Part shown: positions 26,226-40,565 of the stretch, in pieces
Layout: each line of letters starts with the position of its first letter
Position numbering within the stretch: position 1 is the first letter of the stretch
Assembly (NCBI GenBank): GCA_964016885.1
Contig: OZ024752.1
Coordinates: 2,728,001 to 2,792,000, forward strand
Source of the DNA: Eledone cirrhosa
Lineage: Eukaryota
Direction: 5' to 3'
DNA: 64,000 nt
Notes under the pieces: model-generated
Databases searched by the model: none
The model's input: the letters and a program-made list of their open reading frames with translations, nothing else
What the model was told of the DNA's origin: nothing
Position numbers and translations under genes: made by a program

Positions 26226-28237
26226 CAAAGCTGGCTGTATGTGTGTTTAAGTAAGTTCCCCTTAGTATTAAGCAACATGAATACAAGCATCACAAGTAAA
26301 TGTAATTGTAAGTTGGTTGTCACTTTGATTCCTAGAAATAGTCACCTATACCCCTCAAATTAGGCCATTCCATATTAAATGGACATACACACATTGGAAT
26401 GCATATTCAACAATATTTGTAAAAGGGTGTGAGGTTTGCAATATAAAGCATACTATCATAGGTCTGCGCAAGACTTTACTACCAGGAACAACATGATATC
26501 CACACCAATCACCATTTTATTACTATCACGTCTGTTATACACTTTATAACCGTTGTCATGTAGTTAATCTTCATGTCACTCCTATTTTTTTAACTAAGCC
26601 GTATCTTGTTAGAGACTCTATTGCATTTCATTCTCTCAGTGTACATTATTTCCAATCGTACAACATGCAAACTCTTTGGACCATTATCTTCTTCTCTAAT
26701 CACAAAACACTCACCTTTACTTTCTTATTATATTTGATTCTTCACCAGCAATTTTCAAAATAAATAAAGAAAAACTCTATATATCCTACTTTTCCAAACA
26801 ATATTAAGTGTCCTAAAATTTTAATTCATTCCATTGTGCGTAGTTATATTTGCCAACATAAAGCCTCCATGATTATTCATGAATTCTATTGTTTAATGCA
26901 GCCTTAGTCATTCGGTAATACTCTCGCTATACTAATAGTTATTGACATTATTAAAAACAATGACATGACGAGAGACCAAACCATCAATATCAAAAGCATA
27001 CGCATGACTATTTTCTTGGTCGTCCTCCAGAGTCTTTCTTTATGTACATCATTATCATCATCCTGAACTTTACATTGAACACAATCTCATCTATCTGAAC
27101 CTCTGACCCAATTGTCTTTAACATTAACATCAGCATAACTGTTTTCATCATAATACACCGTCTCCAGCTACAACCACATTTACAATATCTCCTGACAGAT
27201 GATCTGCTAAACTATTTTCGTTCAGATTGTAATATAGGGAAGAGGAATACAATTTACCTGCTAGATCTACACACATTTCGCCTTCAAGTAAAATATGTTT
27301 ACTAATTACAATTAATTATAGACTTCTCATTTAGGTTCCGTCAACTATGTAAAATATTAATTTGACAATACTGTTTGTAGCAATGTAATGTTGCTGGGTA
27401 TTCACTGCATACACATTCTTTCAGTTTTTAGATGAATCTAAATGCGAAATGTATTGGTGTATTTCATACAGTTTAATATCAATCGTTTTATGCATAATTT
27501 TGGGACGAGAGTTGTTTTCTACTAACGGTCTTTTTGAAATACATTTTCAAAATATGTTTGTAAATTTATGAAGGTCTTCTTGTTGCCGTGTGTCATTTTA
27601 ATCTCTAACTGTGAATAGAGAAGGAAAGTATTAAATCAGAAATGTTTGTGAATGTTAAAGATATCTCGATTGATATAAGGAAATAGCAGTTTTAGTAAGA
27701 TATTTATTAATTCACGGATACATTAGTCCAACAGCTTTAACTCAGAGACGATGCGTTTGTTTAAATTAACACATTTCATCTTATGAAAGTTTTAGTTTGA
27801 AGTTTTCGCTTGGAATGTCAAATATTAATATTTCAGACTCCATCTGAGACAGGGAGAACTATAGAAATGTATATGAGATGAAAGAAGTGTTAGATGTAAA
27901 ACTGGAGCCTAAGTAGTCTCTTCATTTCAACACACACCAGTACACATTCATTCACAAAAGCATATGTATAATAAAGTATATTATGTCCCTTCGCCGAGCA
28001 AATAACATCAAACATATATATTTCCAATAGATTTTTTTACATTAATTAAATTAAAAAATTCTCGGATCTAATCTTTAGTAAAATATGTATTGAATTTATG
28101 TGACTCCCTTTCTATCTTTCTCTCTCTGTGTCCTTTAATTTCTTTTCATGTATGTGTATATATTAATATCTGTATATCTGTCTATATGTATATGTGTGTG
28201 TGTGTCTGCCTGTGATTATGTTGAATGCGCGTTTTTG

Positions 28238-28252
28238 CGTGTTTGAGTGCAC

Positions 28253-28295
<43 letters not shown>

Positions 28296-28344
28296 TGTTT
28301 GAGTGCACGTATATATATATATATATATGCGTGTTTGAGTGCAC

Positions 28345-28385
<41 letters not shown>
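28238..28385. repeat. Three copies of GCGTGTTTGAGTGCACG separated by (TA)n of variable length
   Basis: Directly visible compound minisatellite. Confidence 0.9.
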
Positions 28386-28387
<2 letters not shown>

Positions 28388-29410
28388 TTGAGAAAGAGAG
28401 ATATTTATGACATGCATACATGTATATATACATACATGAAATCATACATACATATGTATATATATATACAAATTGAGACGACATTTTAATATCTACTAAT
28501 ACTGTTTGACAATTTCTGCTTGCTTGCACCCTTTTCCTTTATAAGCAAACATTCAGCGTCTACCCCTTGATTGTATGTTTTAAATATGCCACTGGGTTTA
28601 ATTGAAGATGAAACCCATAGTACTTGAAATGACTTTAATTCAAAGTTGATTTGATTTTTTACTTTCCAGTAATATTGTTTTTCTTCTCAAAGGTCTGTTC
28701 TAAAAGCATGTGCCAACATTCCTTTACTCTTCAAGCCACTATTGATTGGCAAAATGGGAAGAATTTCAATCTTTGAAGTTGAAAATATATTTACCCAGCA
28801 GTTTTGCTTTGAAATATTAGGAATGCCCTGATTCAATTGCTGTGAATTCTAATTCGTTTATTAAATTGAATATTGTTTTGTTGCGTTTTCCGTATTACTC
28901 GGATTTGACAGCTTTATTACAAGTTGTGTCAATTGGTTCCTTGTTTACAAGCAGCAACAGGTTTATTTATTTGCATCCACGCACCTTTTAGTTTGCGGCA
29001 AAACCTTAATAATTGAAACCCTTTCTGAATATTAGTTAACAAGAGTGGTGTAATCTAGTGTTACAATTTGAAGCAAGAACGTATATTAAATTTGTTTCAA
29101 TTTGGTATAAAAAATTATTCATATGCGTCAAAATATGATGTGCACAAGGGAAATTGTTGAAAGACGTTTAGCATAATAACGAATCCTTGAAGTCAGTGAG
29201 AACATCATATAATATTTTAACGGTATATATGTCGTAAATATTTGAATATTATAACAAAGAATTCTGAGTTATGATTCATTCGAAAGCTAAACAAAACTTC
29301 CTCCCAGAATACTTACTACAGTGAGTGTTGCAAAACGATACTAACGTTGCTTTCATATATTTAGTATTACCAAACGGTCCGTTTTTTTGTCCCTCTACAT
29401 GTTTGTGTAT

Positions 29411-29570
29411 AATATATATAACGGAGAAATGGCAATTTCTGTCTGTGTGTTACCAGTTGGCGTCTAAACCATTGATCCGATCCTGATGAAGCATTACACA
29501 CATGTTGAGCTAATATTCAGGAATACGACTAGCTAATTGGATTTCAATGAAAATCAATACTTGAACCCTT
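29411..29570 (+). mobile_element. Possible non-autonomous Helitron-type 5' end
   Basis: ATATATATAACGGAGAA...CTGTCTGTGTGT...AAACCATTGATCCGATCCTGATGAA..TTACACACA resembles common HINE-like ends; no 3' end identified. Confidence 0.45.
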
Positions 29571-31065
29571 GGGGACATTAAACCTTCCCTCCCGCTACTC
29601 CCCTTTCTCCTCCCACAGCTCAGTCCTCCAAAACGTTCTTCATTCTCTAGAGAAAGAGAGAGAGGGGCTGAGAGACAGGAGATAAGAGAGAAAGTGACGG
29701 GATGAGAGAGAGGATAATAGAGAGAGAGAGAGGTGAGGAGAGAGAGAAAGAAAGAGAGCCACAGAAAGATAGGGAGGGGGATTGGGGAAGAGAGAGAAAA
29801 CAGAAAAATGATAGCATAGTTTGATAACTAACTTTTATTTATTTATTTTTAAACGCTTCTTAACTAACTCCATTCTTAACGTTACTTCTCTTTCTCTTTC
29901 ACAAAAGTATTAATGAGACTGTGTATGTGAGCGTGTGTGTGTGTGTGCGTGTGCACGCGTGCTCGTGTGTGTCTCGGCGTTCTTAAATTAGAGATAAATG
30001 TGTGTGTGTGTGTGCGTGTGTTTATCACCGTGCTTAAGTTAGAGACATATACATCCCAATCTACTGTGACATCTCCATCTACTAGAAATATTAGCAAAAT
30101 CCATTTCAAATCACAGCGAGCAGTCTTATACCCACAAACACACACAAATGCATGTGTGTGTATGTATGTCATGGAAGCCGCTATAACTGTTGGTGTACCT
30201 AAAATATTTGTAGCATATTTATAGAAATTACAGTAACTTATGATATAATTTAGTTATAACACCCACAGCTCCCATTGACGCACTTTTGTAATAGTTTTGT
30301 ATTCCTTCAAATGTGATAGAACTACTAGAGAGGTGAACACAAACTAAGAACTAATTAGAAAGCGAGGTTTATATATTGTCATATATGGCGGAATTTAATG
30401 GTTCATTATAGAAATGTATATACAATTTGTCTTAGGGAAACTGAAGGGAGCTAAATGTTGAATGAGCAACGTAAAGTTGTATTCCATAGAAGTAACGTAA
30501 TCAAAAAACTTAGTGGAGTTTGTATTTCTAAAGACTGTCCTTGTGGAGTTAATTAGTAGATATCTGTTGTCAGCGGATGGAATTTACCGTATCCTTCGTC
30601 ATTGTCCTGGTATCGGATGAAGATTGATATTGTTGATTACAATTTAACAAGGGATCCTAAAACCTTTATATAATTCAACAAGGCGTTTTACCTCTTTCAT
30701 AAATATAACCTTGTATATCAGCTAGATAACACTTAACACTCTATGTTAAAGCAAATGTATGAAATGCAAAATAACAGGCACCGCTACTCACAATGTTCTA
30801 ATCCTAAGGACAAAGAAGTTCTTTGAGGTACCCATGTCATCGTTAGATATGACTGATATATCTGACTGTTGTTATAGACACACTAATTTCTAAGCTCTGT
30901 CACACGTTTGCACAGGTATATATCAAGACGATGAACAGGTCTTAATGAACGGTCTAGCTTCACTAACATCAACAGTATATTTAAATTTCTAAACGTCACG
31001 TTCAACGTAAAATCACACATGCACACATACACACACATACACACGCATACAAACACACACACACA

Positions 31066-31135
<70 letters not shown>

Positions 31136-31449
31136 CTTATATTACAGACCCTATGACATCTTATGAACACACCAACAAGTACATCTTGACAACTTGCATA
31201 ATCTACAGAAACAGCTACCCTAAACAACAGTATCTCTAACATTGCGATAAATGAATACATTTTTGTCATTACAACTACCTCGCCAAAGCTCCTTTAAATA
31301 TGAGATATGCTGAAGAACACTTTAGTACAAGAAATCATAGAAAGTTATCTAGAAAAGTTATTTGTATTTCACGTGTTTCTTCCTAAATCTTACGTCCTAT
31401 TCAGGTAAATACATTCTTGTTTCTTATTGACATTTCTATTCGGAAAACC

Positions 31450-31850
31450 AAAATGGTGGAGAGATTATATGCAGATATACGGTTAAAAGTGGCTACCCAT
31501 GTGCCAGATACCCAGCAAACCCCACGATAACCTACTCACTAGATTAGTCGTGCATAAGTCGTTGGATAAACCTCTTCAATGTAGATATAATAGGGTGATT
31601 GAAGTGACGAAACAAAGGAACCTATGTGGCAATGACGCAATCCATATTTAAATCTGTTTCTTATACGAAAAGATGACCTTCAGATATCCAAACAAAAGGG
31701 TCAACTTCATGTTCGCCACAGTGAGGGTAGTTTCGAAGTGATGGGTGCAAAAATCTACATGAAATGGAAGTTGCTAAATGGTTGGCATGCGTATATACGA
31801 GGATAATACTGTACAAAACATGGACTTATATTCCAAAGTTGAAAAACAAA
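31450..31850 (+). mobile_element. Tc1/Tc3-like transposase relic
   Basis: 'FLYEKMTFRYPN' (cf. FSDEKKFNLDGPD) followed by 'RHSEGSFEVMGA' (cf. RHSGGGS.MVWGA). Confidence 0.35.
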
Positions 31851-33744
31851 TGTACAATTTCAGCTTGGAATTTCATCCCTTAAGGGAACATCTGCATTGA
31901 GGATTGATCATATATATCAATGTTAAATAACATCTAATCATATGCTATTTCCTTGAATGAAATACACTTTAGAAAATATATTAACCTGAACAAAGTATGA
32001 ATCGGCCAGTGCGACAGTAACATTCTTTCATAATACCTTTACCCAGTCTGATCTCCTAGGTGACTAATAGTTACCATCCTAAGAGCAGAAACTGACTAAA
32101 TATATACCATTCTCATTTCTGAATATCCATTGATGCATATGCGTATTTGCAATGCAGACTTTCAGTGAAATCGTTTTATATTTGACCTACACACTCAACA
32201 GTATCTTTTTTACTTGGAGGGATATGCTATTTATTTTTCTCTGTTAGAATCACAGAAAATCGGAACAAGTTTCGTAGTTTTTCATTAATCATAGAATATG
32301 ATAGTTTTTCCACTCGTTAATGGTAACCAAGATATTTTTAAAAGATGAAATTTCAAATAGCAACGATATAAGGAATTACACAATGGATTTGCGGAAAATT
32401 ATAAATTAAAACTCCAGTTTAAATTCAAGAAGAATCGGCTTCTGCAACAACAGCCACGTCAATAATAATAAAGGCAATACTAATGATATGATGATGAAGA
32501 TGATGATGATGATAGTAATAATAATGATTGAAATGGAATATATTGATGCATATTTACATTTAGATAAAATTACACCGCATATTGTAGTTTGAAAGATAGA
32601 ATAATAAATATAAAACAATCAGTAAAGAAGGTAACGTTTAACGTGCTCATTTCATGAATTTTCACATGCTAGAGGCGAAGGGAAAGATGGTAGCATAAAT
32701 TAGTTTAAAGTTGTAGATTTACTAAATACAGACAATTCAAAATAATATGAGTAGAATGAAAGCAAAATGTAAAACGGATATCTTGTTTTACAAAATGTTT
32801 TGAATTTACTGCTTCGGATGTCAAATCTCTAAATAACAAGCGATAGAAAGAGTTTAGCCGCATATAGAATATAGATAACGTCGTAGACATTTGCTGGATT
32901 TAGAGACTGAACATACACAGCAAGGTAACAAGATATATACGTATAGGTATACGATCATAATTGCTTCTAGATATTTGACAAGTGCAGTTCGCTCTGCACC
33001 GATGAGGTCTGACTGACAGAAGTGCCACGTAACTGGAAATGATGTATTTAATATATATGCTCTAATTGAGTTTAATAGTTCATACATTATCTGAGGTCAA
33101 AATGACACTGCACTCAATGTCATTGTTGATTCTCTGTAGCGACATGTATGGCTTAGATATCTCTCGCAAACTTCTGTATATTTCGATATGGAATAACTAA
33201 TGAAAATTAATTGTGCAAAAATGTATATACGCCTAAGAAATGAAGTTGATAAGGAAATAAAGTTGATAATTACTTGTAATTCTTATGAAGTACTTATAAG
33301 ACATTTTCACAGATCCCACTGTTCCCACATTAACTGTGAATCGATTTATGACACTGTTCCTCGGTTTTACCGTCATTGTATGCTCATTCAGCATCAAATG
33401 CCATAAGATTTATAAGTACTTTGCCCACATTTGTTATTTCTTTATTTTAATGACGCGATGGCACACGTTCGTAAAGTAGAAATATATTTAAATTGAATCT
33501 AGTATATAACATTCACTAAATATGTTACCCTGGCAAACGTATGAGCTTCAAATTTAATTCATAGATCATTCAAAAGTGTAAACATAATTAGGCACTGATC
33601 TATCAATTCGCTGTAGATTGACCGTCGCTAACGATTTAGGTGATAACTATTAGAATGGTTGAGTTATAATCTCCACCATAATTTCGCCCAAAACATATCG
33701 TCCGATACCATTATAAAAGCTTTGAAGATCACCATATATATAAA

Positions 33745-33910
33745 AAATTACTCAGCTGAAGATGAGTATCAGCAATAGGTCGAGGTTTAAACCTGCGGTG
33801 CATCCTGTCCAGAGGGAAGTCATGTACTATCAGTCGCTTCACGGAATGATACTGGGATAAGCACAAGTCTAAGGGGCCTTATGGCTTACAAAACTTGGAC
33901 TTAGACTTTT
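33745..33910 (+). mobile_element. Diverged SINE body/tail
   Basis: GCATCCTGTCCAGAGGG...AGTCGCTTCA...ACTGGGATAAGC resembles widespread invertebrate SINE 3' domains. Confidence 0.4.
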
Positions 33911-35329
33911 CAGATAAATGTATTCAATATAATGTTTCTAATATTATTGTTTCTATTACTGGAGGAAGATTTTCCCGCATTAGTGGTCGGAGTTTAAAGT
34001 AAAACATAACGAGAAAACAAGTATCTGAGGAATTTATACCAATTGCTCTTTCCATTCTGTAAATTTAATAGGGATTTCAATTTTGGAGGAAAAGATCACA
34101 TGTTAAGGTCTAAAGCAATCGATCATTTTTGAATTTAGTTCTGACGTGATACCCAAGTATAATTAAATGGAATAAAGATAAATTAATACGTTTTAAAATT
34201 CATAGATGACAGGATAACGGTAATGTTAATGAGAGATTGTAGAATAACCGAGACAAAGAATGATTATATTCGCCGTGGTAGCAGGGTATTTCTTCTGCAG
34301 CGTCCCTATCATATAACAACAAATCTATATACATAGCATTGAAAAAGTGAGTCTAATAAAATTAATATCTGTCTTCAATGAAGCCACAATATACTGGAGA
34401 CAAATATCGGGATAATGGGGAGTTAAAATTACGCATTGCTTAAAACATTATAATCCAACGCTAACATTTATTGAAAAGAAAACGTTAACATAGTACGTAT
34501 GCTAAAATAGTGAGAAAAGCAATTATACTGAAAGTCTGAAGCCCATCAAATATGCCGATATTGAAAGACAAATTTGATCTTATCAAATTCCAGTACCGTG
34601 TCTTCTTTCTGTCTATGGCTACCCGCCAGGTTAGTACCATATACACTTCATTAAATACTTAATCATATCAAGAGAAAACAAAAACACTTCAAATGAGAGC
34701 GCATTAAACAATGATCAGAAACATGAAATAATGTATATAATATATCCATACAAATGTATAGGCAATGATAACATTTACTAAACATTAAAAAGACAGAAAT
34801 CACTAAACAAAATGCAGCAATCTATATACATAATATCAAATTTACATTAAAACATCAGCAGAGACCTCGTAAGTGGATTCTTAGTTGATAACATCCATCT
34901 TCATACAGAAAAATAATACAGCAGAAATCACTTCATACCAATGATATTTGTCGAGGCTATTATCCCAGACAAAATCCTATATATCATTTGAGAATCCACA
35001 GTTTTCACGAACAATCGAATGCAGAGTTGAGTCCGATCAGTATCAATCGTAGCTGATCGATAGTGAAACCTGCGTCAAATGTAAATAGATATAATCATCT
35101 TTTATTGATATTTCGTTCTTGCTACTTTTTATAATTCACACACACACGTATATATATATATATCGTTTCTGAATTTGTTTAGCAATATTCTTTATCTAAG
35201 AATATGTGTTGAAACCGATATTGTTATACTTTGGGAGGGTCATGTTGCCAATAAGAAACACACGCACCACAGTTTCACTCCAATTTATTATGTATTAAAT
35301 TATAAATTTAAGAAGAAACAAAAAATTAT

Positions 35330-36052
35330 AAGTTTCCGTTTGGTTGGTTGGTTGGTTCCATAACCGGTCGGTTGTTCATATAATGTCAAAGTTCTTTCGT
35401 CACACATTCCGTGACCTCTTCAGTGACTGGGGATTATTTTCTTTGTTGTGTGTCTCTCCTACACCATCTTGTTTTTGTGTGTGTTTTGTGCTTAGCTTGA
35501 GCACGTGTTACATCTGGGTATCTGTGTGTATTTTTATTTGTTTATTTATTTGTTTATTTACATGTGACAGGTTGGTTGTTTTTTTCTATGTGTGTGTATT
35601 TTCATTCTGTCCTTAATTGTAAGTTGTAATGTTGCTATGCCATTCATGTTTTCTATTTAATTTTGGTTGGAGTTCATTTATGTTTATTGCCTCTGTGATT
35701 TGTCTAAATATTGCGTCTTTTCTGTGTGTAGATTTTGTTTTTATTTCTAAGTTCTCTAATTTCACTTTATGTTCTATTTTAGCATGTCGGTGGTGTATTG
35801 ATGAATCTTTTCGATCTAGTAGTTCTCGCCAGTGTTCAGAACGATTAAATGAACACTGGCGAGAGCTTCAAGATAGAAAAGAATCATCAGTACTCCACTA
35901 ACATTCTAAAAGAGAACATAAGTGTAAATTAGAGAACATAGAAATAAAAATAGAATCTACACACAGAAAAGACGCAATGTTTAGACAACTCACAGAGGCA
36001 ATAAACATAAATGAACTCCAACCAAAATTAAATAGAAAACATGAATGTCATA
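35330..36052. mobile_element. Penelope-like 3' ends in head-to-head inverted arrangement (GIY-YIG C-terminus twice; the minus copy continues into a pLTR with an HHR)
   Basis: 'ERLNEHWRELQDRKESSVLH*H...DAMFRQLTEAININELQPKLNRKHE' on + (35839-36047) and its inverted copy on - (35838-35636). Confidence 0.8.
35380..35437 (-). ncRNA. Minimal type I hammerhead ribozyme
   Basis: AUAAU-cccca-GUCA CUGAAGA g GUCAC-ggaaugu-GUGAC GAAA gaac UU UGAC-AUUAU. Confidence 0.75.
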
Positions 36053-36314
36053 TATATAATCCATGCATTAGGAAGAATCTGTGTAGATTCCTAGGAAAGC
36101 ATCACTAAGCACCCGGTCTATAGAAATATATATAAAGAAATAACACTCCTTGGAAAATATGAGAAACAAATAGAATTCTATACCCAAAGCCATTTAGAAT
36201 GAGCTCGCCTTAGCTGAGAACACATAGAGGTTATAGTGGTAACTGTAGTAGTAGTTGTTGTAGTTGTTGTTGTAGTTGTTGTTAGTGTTGTAGATTTACT
36301 AATAAAATAAAGTT

Positions 36315-36605
36315 AATAATTGTTTCTACTTTAGGCACAAGGCCAGCAAATACTCAGTGCATTACTGGTACTTTATTTTATCGACCCCCGTAAGGATGAA
36401 AGGCAAAGTCAACCTCGGCGGGATTTGAACTCAGATCGTAAAGGGACGTAACTATGCTGCAAAGATAATAATTGTTTCTACGTTAGGCACAAGGCCAGCA
36501 ATTTACCAGTGTATTACTGGTACTTTATTTTATCGACCCCGTAAGGATGAAAGGCAAAGTTAACATCGGCGGGATTTGAACTCAGAATGGCAAGGGCCGT
36601 AATGA
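36315..36605 (-). mobile_element. Two tandem 5'-truncated SINE family A copies
   Basis: Each starts (+ strand) with ATAATTGTTTCTAC.TTAGGCACAAGGCCAGC; B-box retained. Confidence 0.9.
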
Positions 36606-36676
36606 AATCATATAATTGCAGTAATGCTATATTATTATACCATAACAATGTCTGGACTCGCATTTAAATTTGAAAC

Positions 36677-36709
<33 letters not shown>

Positions 36710-36730
36710 CATTTTTATTGTTGTTGTTTT

Positions 36731-36764
<34 letters not shown>

Positions 36765-37466
36765 ATTAGTATTATTATCATTATACATTTTATTAGCTAC
36801 GAATGTTTCATGTAATCAATTTTACAGGGGATACGCAACAGTCTCCCACAAATACAACCACCAACAGATAAACCAGTCACAGCACCAGCAGCAGCACCAC
36901 ATCTACCAACAAAACCTCCTCCTCTCATATTTCTGCTACCATCACCACTATCACTTTCAACATTTACAAAATTTGATTGTAGTCACTGTTAAGAAGTTCA
37001 TCCAACTGTAAAACGCTGGCCCAAACGATTTCTCGAAATATCAAGATAAGTAGAACCATTGAAACATGTGCTAGTATGTAACAATGGACGTAAATGTCTG
37101 AAGAAAGGAAGAAACAAAATGATAAAATCAAATCTAACATAATTTGCCATGTACAGGCATTGGCATCGATATTAATGCCAAGACCATTGCACTGGAACCA
37201 AATAATCTATGTTAGATAGTTGGAAAATGGATTCTGTGGTATAAGTAAGAATGTCCAGGGAAATTATTTACTGATGTAAAGTACTGTCATAAATGTAGTC
37301 TACTGAAGCTTTCTAAAGGAATCTAACATTGAGTAATCTTCAAATACAGACATTCTGGCAGTTTGTGCAAATACGAATATTGTAAATAGAGTGGGTGTGG
37401 TTTGTATAGCACTATTGTTCGTCGACTTGCATACGCACTGGCATATACTATATTCATAGACATATA

Positions 37467-37557
<91 letters not shown>

Positions 37558-37739
37558 TTTTGTGTCTAAAGAGTCTGTGCTTATTTGTGTATGCGTTGTC
37601 TTTAATATAGCCGTGTCCGGTCACCCAAAGCTTAGTGTTAGTATTATATTGAATTTACAGAAAAGAATAATGCCGGTGTTTAGAGTATCATTGTTCCACC
37701 AAACCAAAATTACGGCTGTGTGGACACAGAGATATTTTT

Positions 37740-38650
37740 AAAATCTCAAAGAATATTTCTTTCCTTTCAAGCAGTATTATAGATAATTATTAGCATGCCA
37801 TCCAGCTCTTGAAAAAATAAATCTTATTTTATTTATGACATCAGCTTATCTCTGTTTCATTTCCCTCTAGTGTCTGATGCTTTCCTATGATTAATAAAAT
37901 CATCATGTGGAAATGAGGTGTTCAGATGATTTTTACTTTACTTGCGAATCTTTGATAGAAAATAATTACTTCTTAGATATCACTTCTACATTTTCATCGG
38001 TTTTGAGAAAGATTTTAAAAAACTTCCTCGGATGTGCTTAAACCATTCTCTAGATCCTTTAGTTTATGTTGTGTTACAGCATTTTTAATCTAATCTATTT
38101 AGTTTTCAATATATTTCAACATATGTCATAATTTAGGGCTTTTAAGAATTTCCTACTTTCCTTCTTTCTCTGACCTCTAGGTACATGTTTTAATGTGTCC
38201 CTATTTTAAAGGCAACAGACACCTCTGCAACCACATTAGTCACAATCTTCAACATCTGATTTCCAGTTTTCTTCGCACATTTTTGTTATTTTGTTTCACA
38301 ATATCAAATATTTTTGTTTGATTACATTATTAAATTGCCGGCGTTTTTCTGGAATGATAATTTTGGATAAAAGGAGTGAGTGATATAAATTTATCTGTGT
38401 AGAGTTTTACACATACATTCACTCTATTGATAGTATTGTATGAAACAATCATATAATCAAGTTTGTTTGTGTTATTTCCCTCTGGTGAAATCCAGGTAAT
38501 AATTCTAGAGTGCTTATGCTTGTATCAAGTGTTGGATTACCAAAACTGCATCTCGGCTTTTATTGGAATTCCTTCTCAAATTTTCTGAGAAATATTCACA
38601 GGATATATGATTGAACGGAATATCTGATTCTTTCATTCTTTCATATGCCC
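37740..38650 (-). mobile_element. Decayed RTE-type LINE (endonuclease/linker region)
   Basis: 'SRIITWISPEGNNTNKLDYMIV' matches the RTE APE motif TW.SP.G...NQIDY. Confidence 0.6.
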
Positions 38651-38902
38651 ATAATATTAAACAGCGATTTCAAAATATATACTCAGCCAACTAACAATTG
38701 CACATACATAATGCAAAGATTTGTGTATAATTTAATATCGATAATCAATAATAGTAAATTTAATAACCATTATTCCATCTGCAAATGAATATTTACTTAT
38801 TATTCCTTAATAACTTAAGAACACATATGTTATCTTATTTGAACACATTTCAACAATAAACAATTATGGTGATTTAATCTCATCTTAACTACCATTATTG
38901 GA

Positions 38903-39258
38903 TAGGATTGGCAGTATCGGTAGAGGGTCCGACGCCATGCTTTCCAGCATAGTTACGTCCCTTTTACGATCTGAGTTCAAATCCCGCCGAGGTTGACTTT
39001 GCCTTTCATCCTTACGGGGTCGATAAAATAAAGTACCAGTAATGCACTGGGTAATTGCTGGCCTTGTGCCAAAAAGTAGAAACAATTATTGGATACAAGG
39101 GCGGTGGATTGGCAGTATCGGTAAAGGGTCGGACGCCATGCTTTGACGCATTTCCATTCTGAGTTCAAATCGCGCCGAGGTTAACTTTGCCTTTCATCCG
39201 TACCAGTAATACACTGAGATAACTGCTGGCCTTGTGCCAAAAGTAGAAACAATTATTT
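38903..39258 (+). mobile_element. Two tandem SINE family A copies (second internally deleted)
   Basis: 38903-39090 and 39099-39258; ATTATT(G/T)GATA recurs at the three junctions. Confidence 0.9.
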
Positions 39259-40435
39259 GATACATGAACAATCCATCAGTCAATGTCTCCTACGTGGTAT
39301 AAACTACGGATGTGTAGTGCTTGTGTTCGCTAGTGCAAGCTTATCACGAGGAAATTACTACGTAACAACTAAGATAAACAACACTATTGTAGAATAAAAT
39401 ATATATATATACTCTTAGATCCCTCATTGAGTGCTTGGCAGCACATTCCACATTGTATCTCGTTGGCTTGACTACAGCCGAAGCTTCGATTTTACCAAAC
39501 TTTCATTTCTATATGTATACATATAGGCGTCTGCCATTAAGGTCCCTCGGTGCAATCCATGAAACCAAGCAGATGGTTGATTTCATCGATAACACTGGGT
39601 TTGTATATATCTGTTTCTTTTAAAATTAAATCAGACATTTTAGATGTTGAGGTTACTATAGTGTAGCGCATGTTGGTCTATATATAGTGTATATTTATCC
39701 AACCTGCATAGAACATATAGAATTTGGGCTTCTGTGTAGTCATGCTTAATTACTAGGAAGGGGTTGATTGATATATGTGGAGTTGCTCGGAATTGAGAAA
39801 GAAGTTAGGTAGAAGGCTACGGTCACTTCCGTTAAAGAACACAAATGATTATCAAATTGCTGTTTCAAAAAAGTTTACAAGCGTAGGTTTCGTTGTACGG
39901 CATTTATGCATGGAATATTATTTCAATAACTTTTGTTGAGCTTATATAATTGTTCGTTATGCATCAGTTAATGTTACGCGTTCGTATTGCAATACGCTTC
40001 TGAATTGAGTTTTGCTTCAATGTTATTTTTCCTATTGGTTGTGTTTGCTTTAATCTGCATTGTTGTTATGAAAACCTGTGTATTGATTGATTGAGTGGAA
40101 TAATATTTCGATGAGATAAATGGGGAGTTAGAAAATGTATTGGTTCGTTAAGTGGGACAGATTTGGGATTAGATTAATTAATGATTACAGGGTTTTCGGC
40201 TGGTCGGTTTGGATTCGAGTAATTGAGCATGGTATTGATATCAGTGGGTATCTATATGTCGGATAAAGTTCGTTCTGGGTATATGGGTGGTGTATATTTC
40301 TAGTGTTTATAATGATCATATGTGGATACGAAGCTAACCATGCGATTAGGGTAATAGTCGATTCAAAGTAATATGGGAATTGAGCAATACACACGCACTC
40401 ACACACACACATACCCACACACACACACCCACGCA

Positions 40436-40565
<130 letters not shown>

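Noticed and set aside
28238-28385. CRISPR-like repeat-spacer appearance
   Set aside because: Spacers are only (TA)n; eukaryotic context; no cas genes.
32996-33026. GCAC-CGATGA-GGTC..GAC-AGAA-GTGC hammerhead-like look
   Set aside because: Core mismatched and no stem III or cleavage triplet.
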